DNA of 33,296 nucleotides from Pseudomonadota bacterium (GCA_039194725.1 JBCCVY010000001.1:1-33296); one strand, 5' to 3'; counted from the stretch's first letter, positions 1 through 10,190 are shown. Numbers and translations: made by a program. Notes: generated from the letters alone by a model not told the origin.

Positions 1-73
1 CAACCTTTCGGTGCGATTTAACAAGACTGGGACCTTCCGGACGTTGTCCTGCTCAATGCAATAAGAAGTTTAC

Positions 74-113
74 TTAGTTAGTTTAGTTAGTTTTAGTTTT
101 AGTTAGTTTTTAG
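74..113. repeat. Degenerate simple repeat, 8 units of T(2-5)AG
   Basis: Sequence reads TTAG TTAG TTTAG TTAG TTTTAG TTTTAG TTAG TTTTTAG; very AT-rich compared with the rest of the window. Confidence 0.85.
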
Positions 114-276
114 TATATTGGTTCCACGGGCGTTCTGGGAGATTGTCGGAATCTGGCCTGGGATCATGATAGCAATCATGGGACACATCAACATTTTCAG
201 ACCACAAGCATCGCTTCAATGAAGAGTTTTGAGGGCGCCGGTGTTAATTGACAGAGAACGACAACCCGGAACCCGC

Positions 277-1743
277 ATGAACCGACCCGCTATCCCAATC
301 CGACAGCTGCTGCTAGTCTTCGCAACCCTGCTGGCGACCGCCTTCGCGGCCAAGGCCGAGGGTGAGGTCCCGAGCTACGAGCGCTGGGACGAGGAGATCG
401 TCGAGATGTTCAAAGGCCTGCCGATCCAACAGGGCGGCCGAGTCAAACCGATGGAGGCCTTCGCCCGTGTCAAGCTGCTGCGCTACCACTCCAAGCGCAG
501 CATGAAACTGCTGGTCGGCGAGCCCGGCGATGCGGAGAAGGTCAAGATCAGCGCGACGGAATGGTTGCTTGATGTGATGTTCCGCCCCGAGCTGGCGCGC
601 AGCATGCCGACGTTTATCGTCAATGACTCCGATGCGGTCATCGCGTTCGGTGTCGAGGAGCACGCCAAGCGCCGCTCGCGCTACTCCCACGACGAGTTTT
701 TCCCCTACCGCCCGAAGCTCTCCGAACTCAGCGCGCAGTATGCCAAGATCGAAGAGAAGGACCGCACCGGGAAGCAGAACCAGATCGTCGATCTGGGGCA
801 GAACGTTGGCGAGTTCGAGTTCATCAACCACATGTTCGACTTCGCCCGCGACGGCCTGGAGATCGACCTGCCCGACGTCGCACCCGATCTCGGCGGTGGC
901 GAGGTGGCGGTCAGCACCTTCCTCGAGAACATGGTCGCCGTGCGCGAGGCCTCGCAGCAGGAGGGTCAAATGGAGAAGATCGCCGAGGCGCTCGACATGG
1001 CCAACCGGCAGATGGGGCTCTACCTGTCCACGGCGCGCATGTTTGGCTTCACGCCGCCGGCGGACAAGGAGGCGGACACTTGGCCGCTGCCCTCCGACCT
1101 TATGGAGAACGGGATCTCGCGGGGCGCCGAGGGACCCGAGGCCATCGCGTTCGAGATCGAGAACTTGAGGATGCTGGAGGCGCTGGGGGCGGCTCAGCCC
1201 AACAGCGCCGAGTTCAAGGCGGCCTTGGAGGCCCTGAAATCCGATGTGATCGCGCGGATCGAGGAGCGCGGCGAGGGCAAGTACATCACCGCCGGCAACG
1301 CCTCGCAGCTTTCCGACGGGGCTGCCTGCCTGGTGGTGATGGAAGCAAAGGAAGCCGAGCGCAAGGGCCTGGAACCACTGGGTGCGTTCAGGGGGTTTAC
1401 AGTTGCTGGTTGCGAGCCCGACGAAATGGGCATCGGTCCGGTGTTCGCAGTGCCCCGCCTGCTGGAGCGTACCGGCCACAAGATGGACGATATCGACCTG
1501 TGGGAGTTGAACGAGGCGTTCGCGTCGCAGGTCCTGTACTGCCGCGATACGCTGGGCATTCCCGATGAGATCCTGAACGTCAACGGCGGGTCGATCGCCA
1601 TCGGGCATCCGTATGGCATGACGGGCGCGCGCCAGGTCGGTCATGTGCTGCTGGAAGGTAAGCGCCGCGGCGCCAAAAAGGCCGTTGTGACCATGTGCAT
1701 CGGCGGCGGGCAGGGCGCTGCCGGACTGATCGAGATTTTCTAA
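277..1743 (+). CDS. Apparently chimeric ORF: signal peptide plus CcsA/CcsBA-like cytochrome c biogenesis N-terminal region (to ~1287) fused in frame to the C-terminal part of a thiolase (acetyl-CoA C-acyltransferase)
   Basis: ATG at 277 gives a Sec-type signal ([27 protein letters not shown]). [11 protein letters not shown] resembles a motif I recall from large CcsA-type proteins. From ~1285 the thiolase motifs are clear: [43 protein letters not shown]. The thiolase N-terminal domain with the first catalytic Cys is absent. Confidence 0.65.
   Translation: MNRPAIPIRQLLLVFATLLATAFAAKAEGEVPSYERWDEEIVEMFKGLPIQQGGRVKPMEAFARVKLLRYHSKRSMKLLVGEPGDAEKVKISATEWLLDVMFRPELARSMPTFIVNDSDAVIAFGVEEHAKRRSRYSHDEFFPYRPKLSELSAQYAKIEEKDRTGKQNQIVDLGQNVGEFEFINHMFDFARDGLEIDLPDVAPDLGGGEVAVSTFLENMVAVREASQQEGQMEKIAEALDMANRQMGLYLSTARMFGFTPPADKEADTWPLPSDLMENGISRGAEGPEAIAFEIENLRMLEALGAAQPNSAEFKAALEALKSDVIARIEERGEGKYITAGNASQLSDGAACLVVMEAKEAERKGLEPLGAFRGFTVAGCEPDEMGIGPVFAVPRLLERTGHKMDDIDLWELNEAFASQVLYCRDTLGIPDEILNVNGGSIAIGHPYGMTGARQVGHVLLEGKRRGAKKAVVTMCIGGGQGAAGLIEIF
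1288..1743 (+). other. Thiolase C-terminal fragment (partial acetyl-CoA acetyltransferase/acyltransferase)
   Basis: NEAF, GHP and CxG signature motifs of thiolases present in the expected order. Confidence 0.9.
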
Positions 1744-1989
1744 ACCGAACTTATCGTCGTCATGACCCGGCGCTGAAACCCGCTCGATCGCCTGCCTGCG
1801 GCATGGCGGAGAAACGCAGGCCGGGGCCGTCCGTACAAGGCCTTAAATTGTGGTCAAAAAGTGTTCGTTTTGGCTTTAACCCTTCGCCAAAATCATGCTA
1901 GCAGTTGGGCAGTTATATCACGTTAGGCAGGCTATCTAACGTTATGTGATATCAACAGTGCGGGCATTTCTGGGGCAGGGGCTGACAAG

Positions 1990-2988
1990 ATGAAAACTCT
2001 CTATTGTGCGGCTATTGGCTGCATGGCGGCGGCGTGTATCGGGGTTAGCGGCAGCGCGAACGCGACCGACATGAACTATGAACAGGCCATGGAACTTGCG
2101 GTCTCCGGCGTAGTGGAATCCTGGAACGGATATTCCTTCGTCAGTGATTACACACCTGCCAACGCCAACCCGGCAAACGTTTTGTCGCATGACGACTATT
2201 TCGTTTCCGGCACCAGCGGCCGCTTGAGCCTGCCGCTTGGGGACAGTCTTTCGATCCAGCAGGATGTGGAGATCGAGGTCACCGGCAATGCCTATGAGGA
2301 CGAGACCGGCAACAATTACATCTATTCCTACCAAATGGGGACCCATCTGAGTTTCCTTGATCCGGGCATGGGCCTTATCGGCGCGTTCGGTGGCTGGGGT
2401 GCCGGCACAGCCGATGGCAACCGTGCTGCCAACGACCGTCCCGACAGCCTGCAATTTCGCTATGTCGGCGGTGAAGCGCAAATGTATGTGGACGACTTCA
2501 CTTTCTATGTCCAGGCCGGTTATCTGGATGCCGAACGGACAAACACTCAAAACCGGGACGATACGTTCCGGGACGCTGTTTTCGTCCGCGGTGTGGGACG
2601 CTGGTTCATGAGCGAAACGTCCCGGCTGGAGCTGGAGTTTTCCTATGCCGATGGCGATGCGGACACCGAACCGGACGACCACACCGTTCTCGAATGGGGC
2701 GTGCGGTATGACACCGTGCTGGCTGGCCTGCCGATCATCGGGGACACACCGGTCTTTGTCGGGTATCGCGGCGCACGGTTCGAGAACGATGATGCTCCGG
2801 GCAATCCAAACGGTGGTGGCGGCGGCGAGGGCGGTCTCGATTCTGAAGACTACCTTGATCACACCATCATGGTCGGCACCAGCTGGTCGTTCGGCGGCGG
2901 CAACATGAAACAGTTTGACCGTGTCGGCGCAACGCTAGACCTGCCCAACTTCGGGCGCTGGGTGGCAAGCGGCGAAAACCTCGACTGA
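1990..2988 (+). CDS. Exported hypothetical protein, probable outer-membrane beta-barrel/porin-like
   Basis: N-terminal signal peptide ending ANA; many amphipathic strands with alternating aromatic residues (FRYVGGEAQMYV, FTFYVQAGYL, VFVRGVGRWF, LELEFSYA, LEWGVRYD); acidic loops. Confidence 0.7.
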   Translation: MKTLYCAAIGCMAAACIGVSGSANATDMNYEQAMELAVSGVVESWNGYSFVSDYTPANANPANVLSHDDYFVSGTSGRLSLPLGDSLSIQQDVEIEVTGNAYEDETGNNYIYSYQMGTHLSFLDPGMGLIGAFGGWGAGTADGNRAANDRPDSLQFRYVGGEAQMYVDDFTFYVQAGYLDAERTNTQNRDDTFRDAVFVRGVGRWFMSETSRLELEFSYADGDADTEPDDHTVLEWGVRYDTVLAGLPIIGDTPVFVGYRGARFENDDAPGNPNGGGGGEGGLDSEDYLDHTIMVGTSWSFGGGNMKQFDRVGATLDLPNFGRWVASGENLD

Positions 2989-3015
2989 TTTCGCATTTGC
3001 AGATAATGCGACCTG

Positions 3016-3045
3016 AAAAGGCCTTCCGCCAGGGGAGGCCTTTTT
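3016..3045. terminator. Bidirectional rho-independent terminator
   Basis: AAAAGGCCTTCC-GCCA-GGGGAGGCCTTTTT: GC-rich stem with A-tract and T-tract, between convergent genes. Confidence 0.85.
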
Positions 3046-3066
3046 GCTTACCTGACCAGCTGCAGG

Positions 3067-4584
3067 TCACTGCTTTCGGTTTGCGGCCAGATCGTCTGAA
3101 AAGACTGTGGTCAGCCTGGCCTTGAGTATCTTTCCGGAAGGTGCGGCAGGCAACTGGTCCGATATGATCCAGCGTGTTGGATGTTTGTAGGCTGCAAGCC
3201 GGTCTTTGAGATGGTCTTTCAAATGGTCCGGCGCCAGGTCGCCGCCGGCAAGCGGCTGGATGAAGGCCACAATGTCCTCGTTGCCGTTTACGCTGTGCCC
3301 GATGACCGCGGCCTGCACCACCTGGGGATGCTGGTTCAAGGCGGCCTCCACCTCCAAAGGGTAGACATTGAAGCCGGACCGGATGATCAGTTCCTTGGCA
3401 CGGCCGGTGATCTGCAGATTGCCCTGGTCATCAAGATAGCCCAGATCCCCGGTGCGCAACCAGCCGTCGCAATCCAGGACCTCAGCGGTTGCGGTTGGGT
3501 TGCGGTAGTATCCGGCCATGATGTTGGGCCCGCGAATGACAATTTCCCCGATGCCGTCCTGACCGGCCTGCTTTATGCGCACTTCCTGGTCTGGCAGCAT
3601 CTTGCCGACCGATGTGTCCGCGCGGGTGGCACCGGGACGGGTTGCGGCGATCCCGGCGGTGGCTTCAGTCATGCCGTAGCCGTTGAACAGCGGCAGTCCG
3701 AAAAACGCCTCCACCTTCTGTTTCCAGGCTAGGTCAAGCGGTGCGCCGCCGGATGAGATGTACCTGAGCCGCTCCGCCTTGAGCTGCTGCAGTCCGGCCT
3801 GGTTTGCATGCGCCATGAGCAATGCATGCATCTGCGGCACGGCGGGGAAAATCGACACCCGTGACTGCAGGGCGGCAAATGTAACACCGGCGTCGAAGCG
3901 CGGCACGAGTTCAAGCCGGGCGCCCATCGCCAGCCCGGCCATGAAAACCGATGACAGTCCGAACACATGGGTCAGCGGCAGCACGCCATATATATGGTCG
4001 GCGGCGGTAATTTCGCGATGGGAGGCAGAGGTCTCGCCACCGTAGATCAGGTTGGCATGGGTCAGCATGACGCCCTTGGGATCACCGGTGGTGCCGGTCG
4101 TGTAAAGCAGGGTGGCCACCTGGCCTGCATCCTCGCTGCAGGTTTCCGCCTCAGTCTCCGAATGGAATGACAGCATGGCGGGTTCTTCACCAATCGATAC
4201 ATCGAACGCCTCAGCTGCCTGCGCATGCCGGAGCGCCGGCTCCGATACGGCATGGGTGAACAGCGTGGCAGCCGGTTGCGCATGATCGCGGATACGGTCG
4301 ATTTCAGCGGCAGACAGCCGCGCATTGACCGGGATCGACCAGGCATCAAGAAGGCTTGCGGCTATCAGTCCGGCAGTGGCGGTGAACGAGTTCTCGGCCA
4401 CCAGCATCACCCGGTGTCCGGGCCTGACGCCAGCCTCCTTCATCTGGCCGGCCAGGGCATGTGCGGCAGCCAGCCAGTCGGCAAAACTGACATCACCGGT
4501 GTTTGCCGTGGTCAGGGCGATTGCGTCAGGCGCATGGGCAACCTGATGTTCAAGCAGGTGGTGTATCCGTGAAAACGATGTCAT
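3067..4584 (-). CDS. AMP-binding acyl-CoA synthetase (class I adenylate-forming enzyme)
   Basis: YTTGTTGDPKG P-loop, GYGMTEA, WLRTGDLG, GRAKELI and C-terminal SGKILK motifs. Confidence 0.93.
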   Translation of the reverse strand: MTSFSRIHHLLEHQVAHAPDAIALTTANTGDVSFADWLAAAHALAGQMKEAGVRPGHRVMLVAENSFTATAGLIAASLLDAWSIPVNARLSAAEIDRIRDHAQPAATLFTHAVSEPALRHAQAAEAFDVSIGEEPAMLSFHSETEAETCSEDAGQVATLLYTTGTTGDPKGVMLTHANLIYGGETSASHREITAADHIYGVLPLTHVFGLSSVFMAGLAMGARLELVPRFDAGVTFAALQSRVSIFPAVPQMHALLMAHANQAGLQQLKAERLRYISSGGAPLDLAWKQKVEAFFGLPLFNGYGMTEATAGIAATRPGATRADTSVGKMLPDQEVRIKQAGQDGIGEIVIRGPNIMAGYYRNPTATAEVLDCDGWLRTGDLGYLDDQGNLQITGRAKELIIRSGFNVYPLEVEAALNQHPQVVQAAVIGHSVNGNEDIVAFIQPLAGGDLAPDHLKDHLKDRLAAYKHPTRWIISDQLPAAPSGKILKARLTTVFSDDLAANRKQ

Positions 4585-4649
4585 CTTGCTTGCCAGATTA
4601 GACGGCTGCGCGCTCTGCCGCTAGCCAGTAAAGCAAGGAGTTTCAGGTC

Positions 4650-5756
4650 ATGATGCGCCCACCTCTTTCATCTCTGGTTGCCGAGCTGCCTTCAACCGTC
4701 CCCTTTGTCGGACCGGAAGCCCAGGAGCGGGCTCGCGGGGATGCGTTCAAGGCGCGCATAGGCGCCAACGAAAGCGTGTTCGGGCCGTCTGACAAAGTCG
4801 TGCAGGCCATGCAGGCAGAGGCAATCGAAGCCTGGAAATACTGCGACCCGGAGTGTTACGACCTCAAGCAGGCACTGGCTGCCTGGCATGGCGTGTCACC
4901 GGACAACGTCCTGATCGGTGAAGGTATTGACGGTTTGTTCGGGGTCACTGCCCGGTTGTTCATTGAGCCTGGCGACAAGGTCGCCACATCGTCAGGAGCG
5001 TACCCCACGTTCAATTATCAGGTTGCCGGTGCCGGCGGCGAAATCGTTACGACGGCCTATGTCGAGGATCGGGAAGACCCGGCGTCGTTGCTGGCGCTGG
5101 CGCAGCGTGAGAATGCAAAAATGATCTTTCTCGCCAATCCGGACAACCCGATGGGAACATGGTGGCGGGGCGCCGAGATCGACGCGATGATCAAGCAGCT
5201 GCCGGAAGGTGTCGTCTTGTGCCTCGATGAAGCCTACGGCGAATTCGCCCCGGCAGGCACGATGCCCGACCTGGACGTGCACAATCCGCAGGTGCTGCGG
5301 TTCCGCACCTTTTCCAAGGCGTACGGTATGGCGGGATGCCGGATCGGCTACCTGATCGGTGAGGCGGAGATCGTCAAGGCATATGACAAGATCCGCAATC
5401 ATTTTGGTGTCAACCGCATCGCACAGGCAGGTGCGCTGGCAGCGCTGGCGGACAATGACTGGCTCGACGCGATCGTCATGCGGGTGCACAGCGCGCGCGA
5501 CCGGATCAGCCGAATCGCCCATGACAACGGGCTGGAGACGCTGGCATCCGCGACCAATTTCGTTGCCATCGACTGCGGCCGTGACGGCGCCTTCGCCAAG
5601 ACCGTGATGGAGGGCCTGCTGGCCCAGGGGGTGTTCGTACGCATGCCCGGTGTGGAACCGCTCAACCGGTGCATCCGGGTATCAGCGGGGCGTGAGGACG
5701 ATCTCGACTGTTTTGAGGCAGCCTTGCCGGTTGCCCTTGCCGATGCCGGCAGATGA
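4650..5756 (+). CDS. PLP-dependent aminotransferase class I/II (HisC-like)
   Basis: ANPDNPMG, LDEAY and RTFSKAYGMAGCRIGY (PLP lysine) motifs; GGAG RBS upstream. Confidence 0.9.
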   Translation: MMRPPLSSLVAELPSTVPFVGPEAQERARGDAFKARIGANESVFGPSDKVVQAMQAEAIEAWKYCDPECYDLKQALAAWHGVSPDNVLIGEGIDGLFGVTARLFIEPGDKVATSSGAYPTFNYQVAGAGGEIVTTAYVEDREDPASLLALAQRENAKMIFLANPDNPMGTWWRGAEIDAMIKQLPEGVVLCLDEAYGEFAPAGTMPDLDVHNPQVLRFRTFSKAYGMAGCRIGYLIGEAEIVKAYDKIRNHFGVNRIAQAGALAALADNDWLDAIVMRVHSARDRISRIAHDNGLETLASATNFVAIDCGRDGAFAKTVMEGLLAQGVFVRMPGVEPLNRCIRVSAGREDDLDCFEAALPVALADAGR

Positions 5757-6670
5757 CATCTGAACCAGATGCACCTGACACCGGAAGTTTTGCCCTTGCG
5801 GTGTTGCTGCTGGTGGCCGGACTGGCGACGGCCAGCCTGTCCGGTGCGTTCCTGAAACTGATGGCGGCGGAGCTGAATGTCGCAGTGATGACGTTTGGCC
5901 GCTATGCCGGTTACCTTGTGGTGTTGCTGCCGATTGCAGTGTGGCGGTACGGGCGCCAGGTTGCGCTGCCGCCAGCGGCACCGACCCAGTTTCTGCGCGC
6001 CACGCTGATACTTGGCGCCACGCTGAGCTTTGTGTTTTCGGTGCGCTACCTGCCTTTGGCCAACACTGTGGCCATACTCTACATCTACCCGTTCATTGTG
6101 GCGCTGTTGTCGCCATGGCTGCTGGGAGAACGTGCCGGACCGGCAATTTGGTTCGGTGTCGTGTGCGGCTTCATTGGCATTTTGATCGTGATGCGGCCGG
6201 ACCTGGGTGTGATCAATGTCGGCACGATGGCGGCCATCTTGACCGGCGGGTTCTACGCATTTCACATCATTGTCACCCGCAAGCTGGCCAACGCTGCGCC
6301 GGCGCTGGTGTCCAACACCTACATGGCCCTGGTGGCAATCGCGCTGATAGCGCCGCTGGCCTGGGTCTGGTGGCAACCGGTCTCCCTCGGCCAGGCGGGG
6401 GTTCTGTTTGTGATGGGGGCGATCAACGCTGTTTCGCACCTGTTGATCATTGCTGCATTTGCCCGTGCGTCAGCACCTGCGCTGGCTCCGTTCACCTATA
6501 GCGAGATCGTTGCGGCTGTCGTCTGGGGGCTGTTGTTTTTTGCCGACATACCCGACGCGATCACCGTTGTCGGAATGGCAGTCATCATCGCGTGCGGCGT
6601 TATGGTGTCGCAAAGCGGCAATCTCGGCCGCCTGGTTGCCAGGCGGCGCGGCGCAGGTGCCGGCGGGTAG
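5753..6670 (+). CDS. DMT/EamA family transporter
   Basis: About 10 hydrophobic helices; LLGER and LAPFTY...GLLFFADIP patterns; ATGA overlap with the upstream aminotransferase. Confidence 0.9.
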   Translation: MTSEPDAPDTGSFALAVLLLVAGLATASLSGAFLKLMAAELNVAVMTFGRYAGYLVVLLPIAVWRYGRQVALPPAAPTQFLRATLILGATLSFVFSVRYLPLANTVAILYIYPFIVALLSPWLLGERAGPAIWFGVVCGFIGILIVMRPDLGVINVGTMAAILTGGFYAFHIIVTRKLANAAPALVSNTYMALVAIALIAPLAWVWWQPVSLGQAGVLFVMGAINAVSHLLIIAAFARASAPALAPFTYSEIVAAVVWGLLFFADIPDAITVVGMAVIIACGVMVSQSGNLGRLVARRRGAGAGG

Positions 6671-6674
6671 GAGT

Positions 6675-7490
6675 TCAAAACGGCGACTTGGCCGGGAAAT
6701 CCGGTTTGCGCTTTTCGCGGATCGAGGACAGTCCTTCCTGCACTTCCGGGCCTGAAAAGCCCATGAATTCCAGTGCCAGTGACGCATCGAAGCTCGGGCC
6801 TGCCATGCGCAGCCAGTTGTTCAGTGAATGCTTGGTCCAGCGGATCGCCGTCGGTGCGCCGCGGGCGAGCTTGCGGCAGACTTTAAGGGCTGCGTCATGA
6901 ACCTCGCCGTCGTCTGCGACCTGTGACACCAGGCCGATGCGTTCGGCTTCCTCGCCTGCAAGCGGTTCGCACAGCATCAGGTAGTATTTTGCTTTCGCCA
7001 TGCCGATCAGCAGTGGCCAGACGATGGCCGCATGGTCGCCGGCGGCAACGCCCAGCCTGGTATGCCCGTCAATGATGCGCGCGGTGCGCCCGGCAACGGT
7101 GATGTCGCAGACCATGGCGGCTGCCAGCCCGGCACCGACGCTGACGCCCTCGATGGCGGCCACGGTCGGTTTGGAGCAGTTGATGACATTGTAGACCAGA
7201 TCGCTGGCTTCCTTCCAAACCCGGGCGCGGGTTGCAAAGTCGTTGGTCATGTCCTCGACCAGGCCGAGATCACCGCCGGCCGACAGGTTGCCGTTTTCAC
7301 CACGCAGCAGGACAACATTGGTGTCCGGGTCGCGATCTATGTCGCGCCAGACTTCGGCCAGTTCGCGGTGCCCGCCCGCATCCAGCGCGTTGAGCTTTTT
7401 CGGCGCCGACAGGATCACCTCGAGAACGCCGTCTTCAGGCCGGTTGAATTTCAGGGACGAATAGTGCGCGTAAGGGTCGGTCATGGTCAC
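6675..7490 (-). CDS. Enoyl-CoA hydratase/isomerase (crotonase) family protein; start may be the ATG at 7484
   Basis: LNAL, SAGGDL oxyanion motif, [30 protein letters not shown]. Confidence 0.92.
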   Translation of the reverse strand: MTMTDPYAHYSSLKFNRPEDGVLEVILSAPKKLNALDAGGHRELAEVWRDIDRDPDTNVVLLRGENGNLSAGGDLGLVEDMTNDFATRARVWKEASDLVYNVINCSKPTVAAIEGVSVGAGLAAAMVCDITVAGRTARIIDGHTRLGVAAGDHAAIVWPLLIGMAKAKYYLMLCEPLAGEEAERIGLVSQVADDGEVHDAALKVCRKLARGAPTAIRWTKHSLNNWLRMAGPSFDASLALEFMGFSGPEVQEGLSSIREKRKPDFPAKSPF

Positions 7491-7521
7491 TCAACATTTG
7501 TTGTTTTGATAATGGTGCGGC

Positions 7522-7538
7522 CTGTCACTATGTGACAG
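7522..7538. promoter_or_regulatory. Perfect dyad CTGTCAC-TAT-GTGACAG, candidate operator
   Basis: 7-bp perfect inverted repeat in the 80-bp divergent intergenic region between the crotonase and GST genes. Confidence 0.4.
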
Positions 7539-7570
7539 CGAACCGGTCTTGAGAAGAAGGTGGATAGTGC

Positions 7571-8518
7571 ATGGGTGTGATGATTGATGGCAAGTGGCAT
7601 ACGCAGTCCCTGGCAGACCTTGCCAAGGGCGGCAGCTTCAAGCGCAGCGAAACCAGCTTTCGAAATTGGATCACGGCAGATGGCGAGTTCCCGGCGCAGG
7701 CAGGACGCTATCACCTTTATGTCTCGCTGGCATGCCCGTGGGCGCACCGGACACTGATCATGCGAAGCCTGAAGGGCCTCGAGGACCAAATACCGGTTTC
7801 AGTGGTCAACTGGTTCATGGGTGAAGACGGCTGGTCATTTGAAAATGGCGATGGCGTTGTGGCTGACCCGGTGTTTGGCGCCGGCCACATGAGCGATGTC
7901 TATGCAGCGGCGAAGCCCGACTATACCGGCCGGGTGACAGTGCCGGTCCTGCTTGATACAGAGACCCGGCAAATTGTGTCCAATGAGAGCGCCGAGATCA
8001 TCCGCATGTTCAACTCGGCGTTTGACCAGGTCGGCGCCAGGCCCGGCGACTATTATCCGCAAGAGCTCAGGGACGAAATCGACCGGGTGAATGCGCGCAT
8101 CTACGACACCGTGAACAATGGCGTCTACAAGTCGGGATTTGCCCGCAGCCAGCAGGCATACGAGGCGGCGGTGCTGCCCCTGTTCGACACGCTGGACTGG
8201 ATGGAGGACATCCTGTCCCGGCAGCACTGGCTGGCGGGCGACCGCTTCACCGAGGCCGATGTGCGCGCGTTTACGACGCTGGTGCGCTTCGACCCGGTGT
8301 ATCACGGGCATTTCAAATGCAATCGCCGCCGCGTCGTCGACTATCCGAACCTGTGGGCCTACACCCGCGAGATCTACCAGATGCCGGGCGTGGCCGAGAC
8401 CGTGGATCTCGATCATATCCGCAACCACTACTATGCCAGCCATGAAACAGTGAACCCGACCCGCATCGTCGCGGTTGGGCCGATGCTGGACTACATGGCG
8501 CCGCATGGACGCGGATAA
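7571..8518 (+). CDS. yqjG: Glutathione S-transferase, glutathionyl-hydroquinone reductase type (YqjG-like)
   Basis: RYHLYVSLACPWAHR (CPWA active site), GRVTVPVL, IVSNESAEI, NNGVYKSGFA, RFDPVYHGHFKCN. Confidence 0.92.
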   Translation: MGVMIDGKWHTQSLADLAKGGSFKRSETSFRNWITADGEFPAQAGRYHLYVSLACPWAHRTLIMRSLKGLEDQIPVSVVNWFMGEDGWSFENGDGVVADPVFGAGHMSDVYAAAKPDYTGRVTVPVLLDTETRQIVSNESAEIIRMFNSAFDQVGARPGDYYPQELRDEIDRVNARIYDTVNNGVYKSGFARSQQAYEAAVLPLFDTLDWMEDILSRQHWLAGDRFTEADVRAFTTLVRFDPVYHGHFKCNRRRVVDYPNLWAYTREIYQMPGVAETVDLDHIRNHYYASHETVNPTRIVAVGPMLDYMAPHGRG

Positions 8519-8523
8519 CTATT

Positions 8524-10185
8524 TCATCTGGCAAAGGCGATGGCACCGTCGCAGATGGTGGTTGTCACCTTCAGGCTATCGATTGCCTCCGGATCGGTGG
8601 CTTCAATGTCGCCGTCGAGGATGACGACATCGGCGAGCGCCCCTGCCTTGAGCACGCCTTTGCGGCCTTCGCTGAACTCGGCATAGGCCCCGCCGGCAGT
8701 GTAACCATGCACCGCCTGGTGCAGTGTCTGGCGCTGGTCGGGATGTGACGGGTGCAGTTTTTCCCGGGTCATGGCCGCCTTAATCGACAGCAGCGGATCG
8801 ACCGGCGACACCGGCCAGTCGCTGGCAAAGCACAAACGTGCCCCGGCATCGCGCAGGGTGTTCCAGGCAAACGCGCGTGCCAGCTTTGCGTCACCGATTT
8901 TCGAACGGGTCGGCTCCATCGGATAGGAACCGGTTCCAAGCGCATGCAGCGGTTGCATGGACGCGATCACGCCGAGTTCGGCGAAGCGTGCGACATCCGC
9001 TTCGTCAATGATTTCGATGTGCTCGATGCGGTGCCGGCTGTCGCGCTTGCCGTTGGCCTGAATTGCAGCCTGATACCCATTCAAGGTGCGCCGCACCGCC
9101 GCGTCCCCTATGGCGTGAACGGCGATCTGGAACCCGCGCCTGTCACACTGTGTGGCGATCTCGTTGAACTGGTCGGCACTGAACAGGGGATCGCCGGTTG
9201 AAGCAGGCTCATCGGGATACCCGTCGAGCACGAACGCCGTGCCGGAGTCCAGAACACCGTCCATGAACAGTTTCACCCTGTTGCACCACAGATGACCGCT
9301 GTCCCAGGTGCGGCGCATGTGTTCGGCCTCTTCAAGGTCTGACAGCTGCTTGTCGTTCTTGTAGTGGAACGGCACCTCTATGCGGCAGTTGAGACCGTCC
9401 GCTTGATGAATTTCCTGCAGCAGTTCGCACTGGTACAAATTGCCGTCCATGTTGTGCATGCTGGTGATGCCGAGCGAGGCGCAATACTTCATGCCCTGCC
9501 GCAGGGTGGCCATGTCCGCAGCGCGTTGCGATTTGCCAGGTGCCGGCACCGGATCACGTGCTGTCGTGTATCCGAGCGCCTCGCGGCCCTGGGTTTCGGT
9601 CAAGGCGATGACCGGGGCGAACGCATCGGTCTCGCGCAGTTCGCCGGACGCTGTGCCGTCTGCGGCCATGACGATTTCGCTGCCGGGGTTGACCTTGCCG
9701 CCGTCAAGGATGCCGGCAGCGGCAAGGGCTTTTGTATTTGCCCAGACGGTATGAGCGTCGGGTGCCATCATGGCAAATGGTCGGTCGGGGCAGACGTCGT
9801 CCAGCGTCTGGCGCGTGATGGCACCTGACCCCAGAATGGAATAGTGGGCCTGATTGGCGAAGACGATCCCGTCAGGCTGCCGGGCACTCCAGTCCATCAC
9901 GGCATTTCTGAGCGCATCGTGTCCTTCCACTCCTGTCAGGTCGAGACGCGACAGCGACGCAGCGCCGGGAAAGATGTGCAGATGGCTTTCTATGAAGCCG
10001 GGCAGAACACTGGCCCCGCCGGCATTGATGATGCGGGTCTGCGGACCGGCCGTGTTGGCGACATCTTCAGTGCTGCCGACCGCGATGATCGAATTGCCGG
10101 AAATCGCCAGGCTCTGCGCCGATGGCGAGGCATTGTCCATCGTCATGATGCAGGCATTGCTGATGATCAGGTCGGCAGATGTCAT
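8524..10185 (-). CDS. Amidohydrolase 3 family protein (YtcJ/NfdA-like)
   Basis: PGFIESHLH metal motif, KLFMDG, HAIGDAA, HRIEH, SDWPV, GALADVVIL. Confidence 0.9.
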   Translation of the reverse strand: MTSADLIISNACIMTMDNASPSAQSLAISGNSIIAVGSTEDVANTAGPQTRIINAGGASVLPGFIESHLHIFPGAASLSRLDLTGVEGHDALRNAVMDWSARQPDGIVFANQAHYSILGSGAITRQTLDDVCPDRPFAMMAPDAHTVWANTKALAAAGILDGGKVNPGSEIVMAADGTASGELRETDAFAPVIALTETQGREALGYTTARDPVPAPGKSQRAADMATLRQGMKYCASLGITSMHNMDGNLYQCELLQEIHQADGLNCRIEVPFHYKNDKQLSDLEEAEHMRRTWDSGHLWCNRVKLFMDGVLDSGTAFVLDGYPDEPASTGDPLFSADQFNEIATQCDRRGFQIAVHAIGDAAVRRTLNGYQAAIQANGKRDSRHRIEHIEIIDEADVARFAELGVIASMQPLHALGTGSYPMEPTRSKIGDAKLARAFAWNTLRDAGARLCFASDWPVSPVDPLLSIKAAMTREKLHPSHPDQRQTLHQAVHGYTAGGAYAEFSEGRKGVLKAGALADVVILDGDIEATDPEAIDSLKVTTTICDGAIAFAR

Positions 10186-10190
10186 GAAGT

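Noticed and set aside
74-113. T(n)AG repeat as a CRISPR array or telomere
   Set aside because: No repeat-spacer structure; units are irregular and lack the G-runs of common telomeric repeats.
313-1644. 443-aa minus-strand ORF
   Set aside because: Antisense shadow of the + strand ORF, expected with GC-rich codon bias; no recognisable motifs.
1795-1822. GCCTGCG...CGCAGGC hairpin after the thiolase fragment as a terminator
   Set aside because: Long loop and no U-tract.
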